NCBI RefSeq assembly: GCF_009914755.1
Contig: NC_060937.1
Reading direction: 5' to 3' (one strand)
Source: the human T2T-CHM13v2.0 reference genome, Homo sapiens
DNA length: 64,000 nucleotides
Each line of letters starts with the position of its first letter. Position 1 is the stretch's first letter. Below, piece after piece: positions 34,810 to 49,504 of the stretch. The notes beneath the pieces are model-generated. The model was given only the letters and a program-made list of their open reading frames with translations. It was not told the DNA's origin and did not search any database. A program made the position numbers and the translations under genes.

Positions 34810-35329
34810 GGTTCAATTAAACAAGTTTATTCAAATACATAATGTGTAATGACTTAAATTTTTATATAATTATAATTTTAACTGACACATTTTTTTCTCT
34901 GCATAGAATTGATACTGAACAAATGTGAGTATTTTGAATATTTTTATAACTTAAAACTAACCCCACATAGAATTATCACTAGTGTGAAATGATTTGGGTG
35001 CCAGTGATTTCCCTTTCCTTGTTTTCTTTAATTCTTCGGTGTTTTGTAGCAGTGTAAAAGAAATGTTCCAGGTTAAATCCATACGTCACATTGGACAATG
35101 TTCCAGGCTAAATCTATACCTGACACTGGACTTTAAGAATTCCAAAATCCTCTTCTGTAAACTCAGAGCATTTCCTATTGTCATTGGTGTCGGGGGTTAG
35201 TAACTTTAGCCATGAAACTCTAGATTCAAAGACTTAACCAGAAAACCCAACTCATGAAGCAGATGACATCAGCTAATTCACTGCACAGATTAAAGCTAAA
35301 TAGGGGAGAAGGAATGGAATAGCATTCAC

Positions 35330-35516
35330 CTGTTGTACAACAACTTGGAAAGGGCCATGAGGAGCTTTAGTTGAAATTCATTACTCTGTTTAATCACTCC
35401 CTGGGTTAGCTGAAACTGATTTCTTCTGTCTCTCTAGTGTCCTTAGGATATCTTTAACTCCTCTTGGGTAGGTACTGAGTTGTCTCCCTCCCGAGACATA
35501 TCACACTTCTTTGCTG
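35330..35516 (-). pseudogene. Candidate decayed coding exon
   Basis: tatacag acceptor and AG/GTGAAT donor. The frame ends ...NQFQLTQGVIKQSNEFQLKLLMALSKLLYN, with two upstream stops. Confidence 0.25.
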
Positions 35517-36212
35517 CTGTATATAATATTAATAAACATGGGTTGTTTGTTGAGCTGAGTAACTTTATAGTCCATATTATTGTCTGATATGCATAGTTTT
35601 AAGATATATTTGATGCTCTTTAAAAAGATATGAAAAATAATTGTCAATCAATTTTAAGTTCCTCAAAAGCATTTAGGCATCTGAACATAGGCACTTTTCC
35701 ACAATTTTACATCATCAACAGCAAAACACACCCCCAAATTTATTGAAACTTTGAAAGGATACACTTCATTAAAGTTCTATGAGGATAATGGCTTTTCAAA
35801 ATCTCAAAATTTTTTTTACCAGTCTTCAAATAGTCTATTTTTCTGATGTTTTTCTCCATTATTAGGTCAATAAAGAATAACAACATTTGGAAGATGCAGT
35901 CCTTTGAAAAGGCTTCACAAAAAAATTAAATAAAAATACTTTAGCCAAACATACTGACAAGATTATAATAGCTCTCATAATCTAACTTACATTTACTCTG
36001 TAATTACCCAGCAAAAGGTGCAGAAGTATAATTCACTGATGTTGCAGAATAGCAAACAAAGAGATATGTGATGAAACCGTGAACTAGGAGATAAAATTAG
36101 TCACTGCTACTCTTGCTCTTTTTGATGCCACCAGCACTACTCAAAGCAAATGCGGAATGCCATCCACAGCTTCATTCCTCACATGCCTTTCCAGTAATGC
36201 CTTTTTCTTTAC

Positions 36213-36241
36213 CTGCTCTATGAACAGTTGTTCTTCTCTTC
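36213..36241 (-). pseudogene. Candidate 29-nt exon
   Basis: ttttttatcctattag acceptor and CAG/GTAAAG donor. Confidence 0.22.
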
Positions 36242-36732
36242 CTAATAGGATAAAAAAATGCATGTGAATTCATTGAAAACCATAGACAGCCTTATCACAA
36301 AAAGGCTGAAATTTCAGCAGTGCCATTGCAACAATCTGCAGTACAAGACAAAAAATTGAGAAAAAAGAAAATGTAGAATTAATTAACTGGTGATCTTATA
36401 CCTTAGAATAATTAATGATTGAATTCAAATTAGACCATCACCCATAAAGATTCTTAGTCTTTTATGATTATATTATCACATATTAGATTTCAGTTAATTA
36501 TTAATTCTGGAAAATATTAAAAAGATTCAGTGAATATCTTTTTTTCTGGCTTTCATATTTAAATGAGACTGTGTTCAAAAATTTTTTAATTAAAAAAACC
36601 GAACTCAATTTAGTTTCCAAATATTTCAAAAATTCGGATTAGTAAATGACCACCAATTTTTAACTCCTTTGATACAATTTGGATTGTTTACTTGAAATAC
36701 TATCTTGAATATAGTAATACAAATAGTAAATT

Positions 36733-37002
36733 AGCTGGATGCGGTGGCTCACGCCTGTAATCCCAGCACTTTGGGAAGCCGAGGTGGGTGGATCACCTGA
36801 GGTCAGGAGTTTGAGACAAGCCTGGCCAACATGGTGAAAACCGTCTCTACTAAAAATACAAATATTAGCTGGGTGTGGTGGCAGGTGCAGGAGAGGCTGA
36901 GGGAGGAGAATTGCTTGAACCCAGACAGCAGAGGTTGCAGTGAGCTGATATGGCGCCACTGCACTCCAGCCTGGGCAACAGAGCGAGACATCATCTCAAA
37001 AA
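36733..37002 (+). mobile_element. AluS (Sx-like) with a small internal deletion
   Basis: gatcacctgaggtcaggagttt; the right arm lacks ctgtaatcccagctact. Confidence 0.92.
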
Positions 37003-38090
37003 TATATATATATAAATTATAAAAACAGTATTTCAAATAGAAAACATACACAGGTTGGACATATAAATATTTATTCAAAACATATCAGGCCATTGAAACT
37101 TGGAAGAGATGATAGTATATACACAGGATGTATGACATCTATAGTGTTCCCCATTGGTAATCTGCTTTCTACTCAGCACCAAAGCAGTAGACATCCCTCC
37201 AATTAAGAGTGGGGAATAACGCCATTGTTCTTACTGTACAGGGGCAGAAGATACAGGGACATAAAATAAAGGCAACAGGCTAGAAAACCAAGCATTTAGA
37301 TTATAGCACTGACATGTTTACCCTACATGCATTCTAAGCTCTCTCCTTCACCATCAGAATACCTAATAATGGTAGGGAAAGGGAGAAAAGAGATAACACT
37401 TTTTGCTTAGAGTGTTAAGATTCTCTCTAGTTTTAAAAAAAATCCAGATATTTTTGCTAAACTCAACTAATGAAAGAGACTTTGGGGACTTTTTTTGGCA
37501 CTCTTAAGATGATATATAATACTAATTATGTAATTGGTTCAAAACTTTTTTCCTTATATAGACTCATAGAAATATAGAAATATAGTGAAAGCTATGAACC
37601 TACTCCCACATGAAGAAAATAATATTATTTAGGTGCAGCAGATTCATAGATCCTGTAAAGTCTAGCAATAGACCCTCTTATTCTGTGGTCTTTGGTTTAT
37701 GAGCTCTTGATGTTTAGGAAGTAATTTAAATATTGATATTGTCATCATGGGAAAAAGATATGTTTCAAATTCCTCTAAGGCTCATACTTGAAACCCCTGA
37801 AGTTCACGAGATAGAAATTTTTTATTTCTTTGTTTTAAAAACCTACAGATTTACTCCATAGTATCAGTTATTTCAAATAAGTTCTTGACAATTGAATATA
37901 TGAATGAAGAATGCACACATAGATTCTATTTCTTATTTTTGAGTCAAAATTCAAATAATTGTCTTGTTCTATGATTTATAACAGAAACTCGAAATTATCC
38001 AAATTAGAATTTAAAAGAAATAGCAGCAAAACATTGTTCTTTATCAAATTTGTTTTTTTGTGACCTTTGACTGAATGCATAAGTGACAAC

Positions 38091-38213
38091 CAAAGCTTTC
38101 CTGCAAATAGTGATACAAGACGGCAACACTCCTCGGAGACAGTGGCAGTGTGAGCATAATGTGGCATATACAGTATGAGCATCTGATTTGCACAGTACAA
38201 GAATGCATCCAGG
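38091..38213 (-). pseudogene. Candidate coding exon (123 nt)
   Basis: tttgttttag acceptor; open frame LDAFLYCANQMLILYMPHYAHTATVSEECCRLVSLFAGKL; weak donor GTTGTC. Confidence 0.2.
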
Positions 38214-38395
38214 CTAAAACAAACTGAGGCTATTAGCCAGCTCTGCTTGAGCATGTTTTTACAATTTCTTAATTTAAAAAAATTAGAAGTTTATACCAGA
38301 ACCCCACTATAGGTATAGACACAGACTTACCATATACTTACATACTCACACATAGAGATAATTATGCTTGAGCCCATTAAAAGTCACTCCTCCAG

Positions 38396-38816
38396 AAGAT
38401 ATACAAATGGCCAAGAAACATATGAAAAAATGCTCAACAACACTAATTATCAGGGAAATGCAAATCAAACCACAATGCAATACCACTTTACTCCTGCAAG
38501 AATGTCCATAATCAAAAAATAATAAATGTTGGCATGGATGTGGTGAAAAGGGAACACTTTTACACGGTTGGTGGGAATGTGAACTAGTACAACCACTATG
38601 GAAAACAGTGTGGAGATTCCTTAAAGAACTAAAAGTAGATCTACCATTTGATCCAGCAATCCCACTCCTGGTATCTACCTGGAGGAAAATAAGTCATTAT
38701 AAGCAAAAGATACTTGCACACACATTTATAGCTGCACAATTCACAATTGCAAAAATATGGAACCAGCCCAAATGTCCATCAATCAATGAGTAAATAAGTA
38801 AAATGTGGTGTGTGTG

Positions 38817-38866
<50 letters not shown>

Positions 38867-39215
38867 ATGGAATACTACTCAGCCATAAAAAGGAACAAAA
38901 TAATAGCATATGCAGCAACCTGGATGGAATTGGAGACCATTATTCTAAGAAAAGCAACTCAGGAATGGAAAACCAAACATCATCTGTTCTAGCTAAGAGG
39001 ATGCAAAGGCATAAGAATGGTACAATGGACTCTGGGGACTCAGAGGAAAGGGTGGGAGTGTGAAGAATAAAAGAGTACACATTGGGTACAGTGTACACTG
39101 CTCAGGTGATGGGTGCACCAAATCTCAGAAATCAACACTAAAGAACTTATTCATATACAAAAATAAATACATAAACAAAACACAAAAATAAAATAAAAAA
39201 TAAAAAATAATTTAA
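38396..39215 (+). mobile_element. L1PB1-type LINE-1 3' end
   Basis: ORF2 C-terminus [20 protein letters not shown]; 3'UTR gggtacagtgtacactgctc; A-rich tail; TSD gtcactcctccag (38383-38395, 39219-39231). Confidence 0.9.
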
Positions 39216-40124
39216 AATGTCACTCCTCCAGTTCTCTAGGGAATACTTTTTAAAAGAATGAACTAAGTGAGGTTGTAAGTGGATGGTGGAAGAAATGAAG
39301 AGATTATTGCATTAAAACTTTGAAAGAGAAAAAAATGAAATATGAGGCAAAATTGGGACTAGACATACACTTCTGCTTTTGTTGAAAAAGGTAGAGCCAT
39401 ATACATCTATATAAGGAATGATAACACCTGGCTGGAGAAGTTCTCTGTGTGATGCTAAAATAAGATAACCCTGTACATTTAGGAAGGGCTTGTAAAATAC
39501 CGATTTACCAATTTGGAATATACAAGCATGTTAAGCAAATGTTACTCAAAGCTCTTTGTAACTTGAGCATCCAAACTGCACTTTGTTTCTGAAAATAGGT
39601 ACCCCAAGAGACTGGTTCTCACAGGCAAGACTTAGGACATGGAAGTTAATACCTCCATTAATAAAAAACAAGAAGGCCTGAGATACTTTAATGTGGAACT
39701 AGAAGCAACACAAAACAAAACAGCCTTTTAGACTGCAAAAGAAAGCAAAATAAATTATAAGCCCCATCAATACAGAAATAAGTAATAAAAGTGGTTCACA
39801 ATAATCATTTATTTACATTAAGTAAAATATTTCTTCATAAAGTAAAAATTATTTTATATATATTATCTCCTTGACCCTAAATTCCCCATAACATTTTAAA
39901 TTTCTTGATTCCCAATTCTACCATCACTAGTAGTTGCGGAAGAGGCTAAGAAAAGGAGAGTTGACTATTCATAAATAATTGCCTGGATGGAGTGAATATT
40001 GCCTGGCCATATATTTCAAGATTCTAGAACTTCAGATGGGAAAAATTATGTAAGCATTTGTTGGCACTCTACTTCAAACAGGAAGGGAATGAAGAACCAT
40101 AAACAATGGAATATACAAGCTCTC

Positions 40125-40715
<591 letters not shown>

Positions 40716-43016
40716 TTACGATCACAGCATCAATGTTTGCTTAGCCATGCTAGCTCTAACTCTCTGAGTCATTGTGGGCTTGTCTCTCTGCCTCACTCCT
40801 AACAGCTGCTCTTTCACCAAATAGTGTTGATTCAATAGCTGCATAGGCTGACTCTAAAACTAAAAAGAAAAAAGAAAAGTCACTTAACTGTGCAGCTGTA
40901 GGCAGATTATTTTTGTGTCTCAGTTTCCTCTTCTTTAAAATGGAAATAATGATTCTGACATCACAGAGTTGTAGTAAAAATTAAATAAGATGCTTTCCTG
41001 AAACATACCGAATATTGATCATATGTCATCTATTGTTGCTCCTAATTTCTGCTTTGTCCATTTTTGCTTTTCCTATCCTTCTACCTTGACCTTGGCCCCA
41101 AATTTAAATCATTCACACTTCTCTAATTATTTGGTTGAAGAAACTGAACTGGACAGGTTAAGTTTACAAGGTCACTTGCTTCTTTTTTCCCACTGTCTCT
41201 TCACCCTCACTCTATGGAACACTTCAATCCTTGCCCCTCGATGAAATCTCAGTCAGGTTAAAGAGCTTTTCAGTCACTTTGTTTTACAAGGACACTTAAT
41301 TCTGGTAATAATAACTGCGGTTCAGTGTAATCTTCAAAATTCCAAGCTCTTATTCAGTTTCGAGCTTCTCTCTCTGCCTGTTTCATAGCACTTCAAGCCT
41401 GTAAAGGTGCATGAGTGGGGATGGAGGTGGGATGAGGTGTGGCTTAATGTCATTGCTCTTTAGTCTACCCAATTCTCCCCAGACCCAGAAGCTGCTGCTG
41501 CTGATGCCTCTAGGCCTAGGCCCACAGGGAGAAAGAATTAGGAGCTGATATTGTGCGGGGTTTAGGTTAGGGCCCTGTTGCTTAAAAGAAAAGCATTCGA
41601 AACAGATCCTTTTTCTTCTAGAGAGCCTAGGTGAGTTTTTTAGCTTTTACTGCAGTCTTTTTGATACAAATAGCTCCCCTGGGAAGACATCCTTAACTTT
41701 CTCCTTCTGTACTTGAACCTCACTCCTCTGCTAGGTCACTTGGTCATTCCATCCTTCCCATCCTGACTCTGGCACCCTCAGGCCAATATCCTCTCACAGA
41801 TCCACTTGGCCCAAGGAAAAATCCTCACACCACTACTCTGGGCATTTATAGAGGGCTCAGTGCCAGAGCACACCTGAGTCAATCTCTGTATCTCTCTCTC
41901 CCCACTCTACTTTTTCTTCCTCATTCCTCTCCTCCTCTCTCAAAACTCTGTTATGTTGAGAGTCACAATCTCTCATCTCTCACCTTAAGATTTCTCATAC
42001 ATGTATAAGAACAATCTCCCGTATCCCCTCAAACTCCAGGTGATAAAAATCAAGCTCTTCCAAATGTCCACTTGAACAAATGCTCCCCTTCAGACTGGGT
42101 TTCCCACAAGTTGGAAGAGGAAATGCTCCCAGTTTCCAACAACACGATCCAGGGAGTCTTTTGTATTGGCTCCATTGCCCTCCTGACCAGTCCCCCAGCC
42201 CTGCCTGTGTGTTGCTGAGAGAGATGATGAGCCTCACAAGGCAGCTTTGGGACAGCCCCTTCACAGGCACTACAAACAAGCCCATGTGTGAGGACTTGGC
42301 ATCCATTGCTGTCAATCTTAGGGCCAAAAGTGAGACAGAAAGGGTTCCATTGTACTATCCGGTGACACCTGTGTTAGTATATTCTCCATGAATCTCATGT
42401 CTCTGTCTACAGTCCTTCCCCCATCAACCAGCAGATCACCTTCAAGCACCGCTTTTTAAAGCTCCCCACCCTAGGAACGCCTAGTGAATCCCTCTGCCCA
42501 TTGAGGAGTTCTGCTGCTTCTATTTGGTATGAGGACTTTTCACGCTTGGCTCATTTTTAATACTTAGAGATAGGATTCTTTCCCAAGTGGCTCTTGAATC
42601 ATTACCATTACTTTTTAATAACTGAGAGAGAACAATCTATTAACAATTAATTAGAGTAAATGAGAGGGGACTGTCTCTACATAGATGAAAGCAAACTGTT
42701 CATGTTTAGGGAAGACTTACTGAAGTACCTCAAACTGTAAGATAGGCAATCAACAAAAGGTGAAAATATTTTCATCAAACTGTGACCAGAAATAATTAAG
42801 AACTTCTCCACAGATTAGAAGCACAAATAAGGAGCAGCATTCATCTCTGCATAAATTAATATATATGTATATATTATCTTATTTATAAAAAGATCTATTG
42901 CAGCATGTCCATAGATTAGAAAACTAGAGTAATAAATAATTTAGACTAGCTACTTGCTTGTTGAAAAAGAAAAAACACTGCCACTTTTCCCAGTACCAGT
43001 CCTTTTTTTCACACAT

Positions 43017-43438
43017 TGTATTAGGCTCTTCTCACACTGCTATAAAGAAATACCTGAGACTGGGTAATTTATAAAGAAAAGATGTTTAATTGGCTTATGG
43101 TTCTGCAGGCTGTACAGGAAGTATGGTGCCAGGATCTGCTTGGCTTCTGGGGAGGCCTCAGAAAACTTACAATCATGACGGAAGGCAAAGGGGAAGCAGA
43201 CACATCACATGGCCAGAGCATGAGCAAGAGGGGTAGGGGAGAGGTGCCACACACTTTTAAATGACCAGATCTTGCAAGAACTCACTATCACAAGGACAGC
43301 ACCAAGGATATGATGCTAAACCATTCAGGAGAAATAGGCCTCCATGATCCAATCAGTTCCCACCAGGCCCCACCTCCAACAATGATGATTACATTTCAGC
43401 ATGAGATTTGGACAGGGACACAGATCCAAGCCGTATCA
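43017..43438 (-). mobile_element. MSTA MaLR solo LTR
   Basis: tgtattagg...ctgctataaagaaatacctgagactgggtaattt...gtatca; TSD cacat / cacaa. Confidence 0.9.
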
Positions 43439-44774
43439 CACAACAATTATTTGTACATTATACTTATTTAAAAGCATCATACAAATGATATATTTTGAGT
43501 GTAGTCTGTTCAGAAAATCTTTTAGGCATAAAGAGGATGTTAAAGTACTTAGGAGCTGAAGAATTGACATTCATTTTAATAAGTTAATAGATTTCAAATT
43601 AGATAAAACTGCAAAAGTTTCTCAAGCTTTTTAAAATTCAGTCTTTGTCTTTCTAAATTACCTGATGTGAGAAGACAAAGAAAGGGGTAAATTTTAGAGG
43701 AAAAAAAGTGTCCTGTGTGATTGGTTCCAATGAAATCTAAAATGCAAAAGTCCGAAGTTGGCTAGAAGCAGTTAGATGAATTGTGATTCTTATTTTTGAT
43801 GAGTCATAATGTTCAAGAGGAGGGGTGTCTGAATATAGAATGAAGTTGTTCTAATTTCTTGATACTGTCTTAGAGGCCTTTTAATATATTACTTATATCT
43901 TTTTTTCCACTTGAAGAAAGAAATGATCTGACCTCTGAGAGGCACATTTTCAATAAATTCCATAAAACAGCAGGAGAGAATGCAGATTGAAAATGCAGTT
44001 CCAGCATCTTGCACTTTGAAAAGCTTTTAAAGGCTGTCTCATGCATTTATCTTCTAACAAAGATGAATGCGCAAGACACCTCGAATTCTACCCTGCTTGG
44101 TAAGTCAGTGATAATGTTAAATCAATGACACAATGATCAAAAATGAGAATGGAATCAATATTCTGATCAACTGAACTGCTTTAGATATTAAAAAGTAATT
44201 ATTCCCCCACAAGACTGCATTGGTGAACGTAAGAGCATGTCTGACTTGTCTAATAACTTTCACTTTAAATATTGACGAACTCTTCACAAATAAAATAACA
44301 AATTTGGGGGAATTGAGCACAAAGTTATAAAATGTGTCTGGAACAGATAAAAATACAATTATATTATTTCACACATAACCCTATAAGGGGAGATATCCCC
44401 TGCAAAATGGAAGTTAGTCTAATTTATTATCACATTTTGTAATGAAAAGCAGGCATTTGAGTAAAAAAAAAAAAAAAAAAAAAAAAAGAATGCAGCAAAG
44501 GTCCTACCTACCCTCAGCACCAAACATAAATCAGAGCTGCTAAGCAGCCATCACAATGCATCGATTTATGGCTGCAGGTGAGCAGCACAGTAGGCAGAAT
44601 TAGAATTGGTCCCTGACCTTAAGGAACTTACATTCTGGTTAGAAAGCCAAGGCTAAACATATGAAACAATGTGAGAAAACTTACAGAGCAAAATAAAGTA
44701 ATGAAAGCTAACTTTTATTGACAGCTACATTGAGCCAGATACTGGTCTAAGGACTTTGTATGTTGAAGTGAATT

Positions 44775-45198
44775 CTATCAGTGGGCTGCCCAAATCTATT
44801 TTAGTAGTGTGGAGCACCCAACACCTAGCAGCTGTACATGTTGGCTATGAAACAGCCCAGGCTCTCTCCTATTCTCCAAAAAAATTACCCTCTCTAGAAA
44901 GAAAGCCAACTAGCCTTGAAGTTTATGCACTGCCACCCGCTGGGAGCAAGCTTGCAGCCAGTGGCTGATGGATACAGAGGTACACAAAAGGCCAATTCTG
45001 TGGTGTAATTTGTGGTTCTCAGCTCTCCGTAGGATCAGGCTGATGCTAGAATCCTGCTGAGAGCCTCTCTTTACCTAGTTATCCCCACACCCTTTCCTCC
45101 TTCCATCTCTCTCCTTTCTCTGAAATCCTTCCCCCAGTAAATCATTTGTACAATAATCTCTGCCTCAAGCTCTGCTTCTAGGGAACCAGACCTAAGAC
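44775..45198 (+). mobile_element. LTR16-like ERVL LTR nested in a MIR (~44700-45380)
   Basis: End motif ctcaagctctgcttctagggaaccagacctaagaca; the MIR resumes with aactcatttaatacttccaacaacctcatg. Confidence 0.6.
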
Positions 45199-46127
45199 AC
45201 ACATAGGAACTCATTTAATACTTCCAACAACCTCATGGGGAGATTATTACTATTATACACCTTCATTGAGGCACGGATGGGTTAAGGGCTTAGGCAAGGT
45301 CACTCAGCTTATAAATGGTAAATCTTGACTTTGATTCCAAGCACTGCTGGCTTGAGAAATCATGCTCTTAATCTCTGTGCTCCTTTGAGAATTTTCGCCA
45401 TGTGAAGGCATCACTATGCATGCAGAAAGAATGTAGGACTTAAGATTAATGTTCATATGAGTGCTTTACCTTCCTAGCCTTGTGACTTTGAGTCATTTGA
45501 TTTTAAAGAACATATTCGTAAACTAGGCATAATAATATGAAGTGGTTAGAAGGATAAGATGAAATCAAATGTGTGAAATATCTGGCCTGCAGCAGGTCTT
45601 CAAGAATGTTAATAAAATTTTGAATTTGAGAATACCAATAGTCCTTTAAAAGTATGTAGCATTTTACAACTTATAAAATGTTTTATTTAATGATCTCTTT
45701 TAGTCTTACAATAGCGTTATAATAAAAATGTTATTAGATATGTTTTCTTGATTTTTTAAATATTGAAGTTCAAGAAACTCTCAAAGTTAGTAGGAGAAGC
45801 AGGGCTCAGAGTTAAGATATCTGACTATCATTCTGGTTTTTTAATCTTTGTACCTCAGCTACTTAAAATAATAAAGTATAATTTAAAAATACTCTAGTGA
45901 TTACTAACAAGTTGTATTTTATTCTTCCCTTGATTTTTGAAAAATATATCAACCTTTTGAAAGTGGTGAGTACCATTAGTTCCCCAATAATCCACAAAGG
46001 AGAGAAGGTGTGGATGGGAGTTCAAGGGAGCAATTTCAGGGGACACTTCATGAAGGACAGGCATTTGAGCTACATTTAAGCTCAATTTTTATTTCTTCTA
46101 CAAGAAAATATGTTTTGAGGACCTTTT

Positions 46128-46500
46128 TAAGTTTATTTTTTTCAATTGACTAATGAAAAATTTTATATGCTTATGGTATATAACGTGATGCTTTGATCTA
46201 TGTATACATTGTGGAATGATGAAATCAAGCTGATTAAAATATCTATCACCTCACATACTTATCATTTTGTGATATAAACATTTAAAATCTACTTTCTTAC
46301 CATTTTTGAAGTATGTAGTACCTTATTATTAACTATAGTCACTATGCTGTAGAAAAGAACTCCAGAACTTATTCCTTCTGTCTAGCTGAGACTCTGAACT
46401 CTTTGACCATCTTCCTATCCCCAAGCCACAGTCTCCAGCCCCTGGTAACTGCCATTCTATTCCACTGAGTACCTTTCGTTCTTTAAACACTGTGTAAAAT
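46128..46500 (-). mobile_element. L1MA-type 3' end fragment
   Basis: tatgtatacattgtggaatgat...aaatcaagc...atatctatcacctcacatacttatcatttt motif. Confidence 0.8.
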
Positions 46501-47258
46501 TTGGGAAGACAAAGATACAAGGTAAGGAAGCAACATAAGTTGAAGCAAATAATCAGAAATAAAAGAACATCTTTAAGAAATAGGAGTAATATAGTTCAGA
46601 AATACGGAGGAGAATAGTGGAACAAAAAAGACTAGAAAGTTCATTTGGGGCAGATATTTGGGGACAGGGAAAGACTGGGTTAGGACCTAAGGCTTCATTT
46701 TGAAGTTGGGGAGACCAAGTGAGCATGGTGGGTAACTGGGACATGATTCAAGCTATACTTTAGGATCTATACCAGTGAGCAAAATGGATTTGAGAAAGTA
46801 GAAGATGAAAAGAAGGAGACACATTGAGACTACAACAATAAATAAATGAGAAGAGATGAACACTGACAATAGTATAATAGAAGGAGGATTGTGTGGCGGG
46901 GGGTTGGTGTGTGGAACTTTTCAAAGGTCAAATATGCAGCATTTGTTGATTGACCAGCGGTGAGAGGATGAGGAAGAAGAGAAGTTCAAAAATAACTTTG
47001 CGTGCATTTTATTTTTGTAGCACAGTAGTTATGAAAACAGGATCTAGCCCCAGACCTTTACTTGTGTCAAATTTCAGCTCTATCAGTCAATTACCAACTA
47101 AAATAAAGTTGGGCAATTTCCTTTTCCTTTTTCTGCTTCTGTTACTTCATCTGTAATAGAGGATGAAAAATTGTGCCTACCTGCTAGGGTTGTTGTAAAA
47201 ATTAAATTAATTCTAAAAGATGCACCTGCTGCAGAGTAGTGTTCGAGACCTTCCATCA

Positions 47259-47379
47259 CAGTCTCTCCCCAGTATCCTCAGGTCATTGGTACCAAAACCT
47301 CACCAGAATGCTGAAGTCCCCCTGTCTGTCCTGTTTCTGTGGATGCAAAACCTGCAGATACCAAGGGACACCTGTACTG
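47259..47379. mobile_element. MER2-like (Tigger) internally deleted MITE
   Basis: cagtctctccccagtatcc...gatgcaaaacctgcagataccaagggacacctgtactg terminal motifs. Confidence 0.55.
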
Positions 47380-48727
47380 TGATAGGAACACCTTGACACA
47401 AAGCAAAAAGAAAGATCATTTACAAAAGGAAGCAAAAGTTTCGTGTGTGAAGCTGATACTGTCAGATTTGAGTTTGTATCCTGGCATTGCCTTTTATTTT
47501 GGAATTTTTAAAAATAATTCCTTTGCTTGATGTGTATGATTGCCCAAAAATGAGAAAGACTAGTCTTTTTAACTCCCTAAAATAAATAAAGATCAATAAG
47601 ACCAATTAAATGATCCATTCAGATATGGTACTAGTCTATCAGGCACAAAAACACAACCTTGGGGACTCATATATTCAAGCTTTTCCCTATGCACAGCCCT
47701 ATCTCCTAGTGACCAAAAGTATTGTAAGTTAATGAAAGTGGGTGAGCTGGAAAAACAAAAAGTGTAGCATTTTAGTGATATTACTGGGAAATGTAGAGTT
47801 AGTGATAAAAATCCAAGGCAATAAAAATATGAATAATGAAAAAAAAGAATGTACAATTTAAATTTTCAAAAATATTTTTTCTGACCACCATTTGTTTTTT
47901 TCTAATAACACAATGAGATCAGTCCATCATTAGTCTTCTGAATCTGTACTGTTTTCATTATCTATAACTGATTCTAAATAACATTCTAACAAATGTGTCC
48001 TCTTTTCTAAAATTCATGATTAACTAATATGCAATTTCTCCATCCATCCTCTATCCTTGTTGATAACATTTTATTACCTGGCCTGCTATTGATCCTTTAT
48101 TTTTCTATTTTCATTTTAGTGAGGGTTACTATAGCTTCCTTAGGGAAAATACTCCTTGATCATTACGTCAAAACCAAGTTTTACATGTACTTAAGGTCAA
48201 AGCATGATCTAAGAAAACTTATATTCTAATGATTTGATCTTTATACATTATGTACATACATACACATATATTTTATGTTTTCTCTTATTTGACATAAATT
48301 AATAAAATTTAGCAAAAATATAGTGAGCTCCACTTATGTATCCTTATAACAAAATATTTTCAGTATGTTTTAGTTAGGAAAATTTTGCTTAGACAGCAAA
48401 CCCCAAGTCTTAATATAGGCTTTATGTTGTCTATAAGATGTTGAACAATTTTTCAATCAGGTATTCGGTAATAACTAACGAGAACCTGTTAGAAGAAGGG
48501 TTGGTTATTCAAGTGAGACATTGGAAAAGAAAATACAAAATTATAATACATAATATTTGTAAAATCTTACTTGATGCTTCCCAAGCAAATTTAAATATTT
48601 CTTGCTCTATTGAAGAATTATCACAATAGTTAGAACTTTTATTTACATGTTGCATAGACAGGACACAGAAAACCTACAAAATGGCCATTTCTGACAGCCT
48701 TTTTCTTGCCCATGCTTCACTATAGAA

Positions 48728-49504
<777 letters not shown>

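Noticed and set aside
38808-38867. Symmetric (GT)(TA)(CA)(TA) palindromic microsatellite
   Set aside because: This is a commonly expanded site in L1 3' ends (tggtatatatacac) and is unremarkable.
41622-41630. 9-nt + strand microexon (ttttcttctag AGAGCCTAG gtgagt)
   Set aside because: It is an isolated motif with no supporting + strand gene, and such matches are expected by chance in 64 kb.
41255-42640. GC-richer block with ORFs 41995..42327 and 42080..42391
   Set aside because: No protein similarity recognised. It is probably a very old LTR-type repeat that I cannot assign.
44463-44487. Isolated A25 run, and T-runs at 26420 and 53957, as possible retrocopy tails
   Set aside because: No TSD or recognisable upstream transcript body; treated as mononucleotide repeats.
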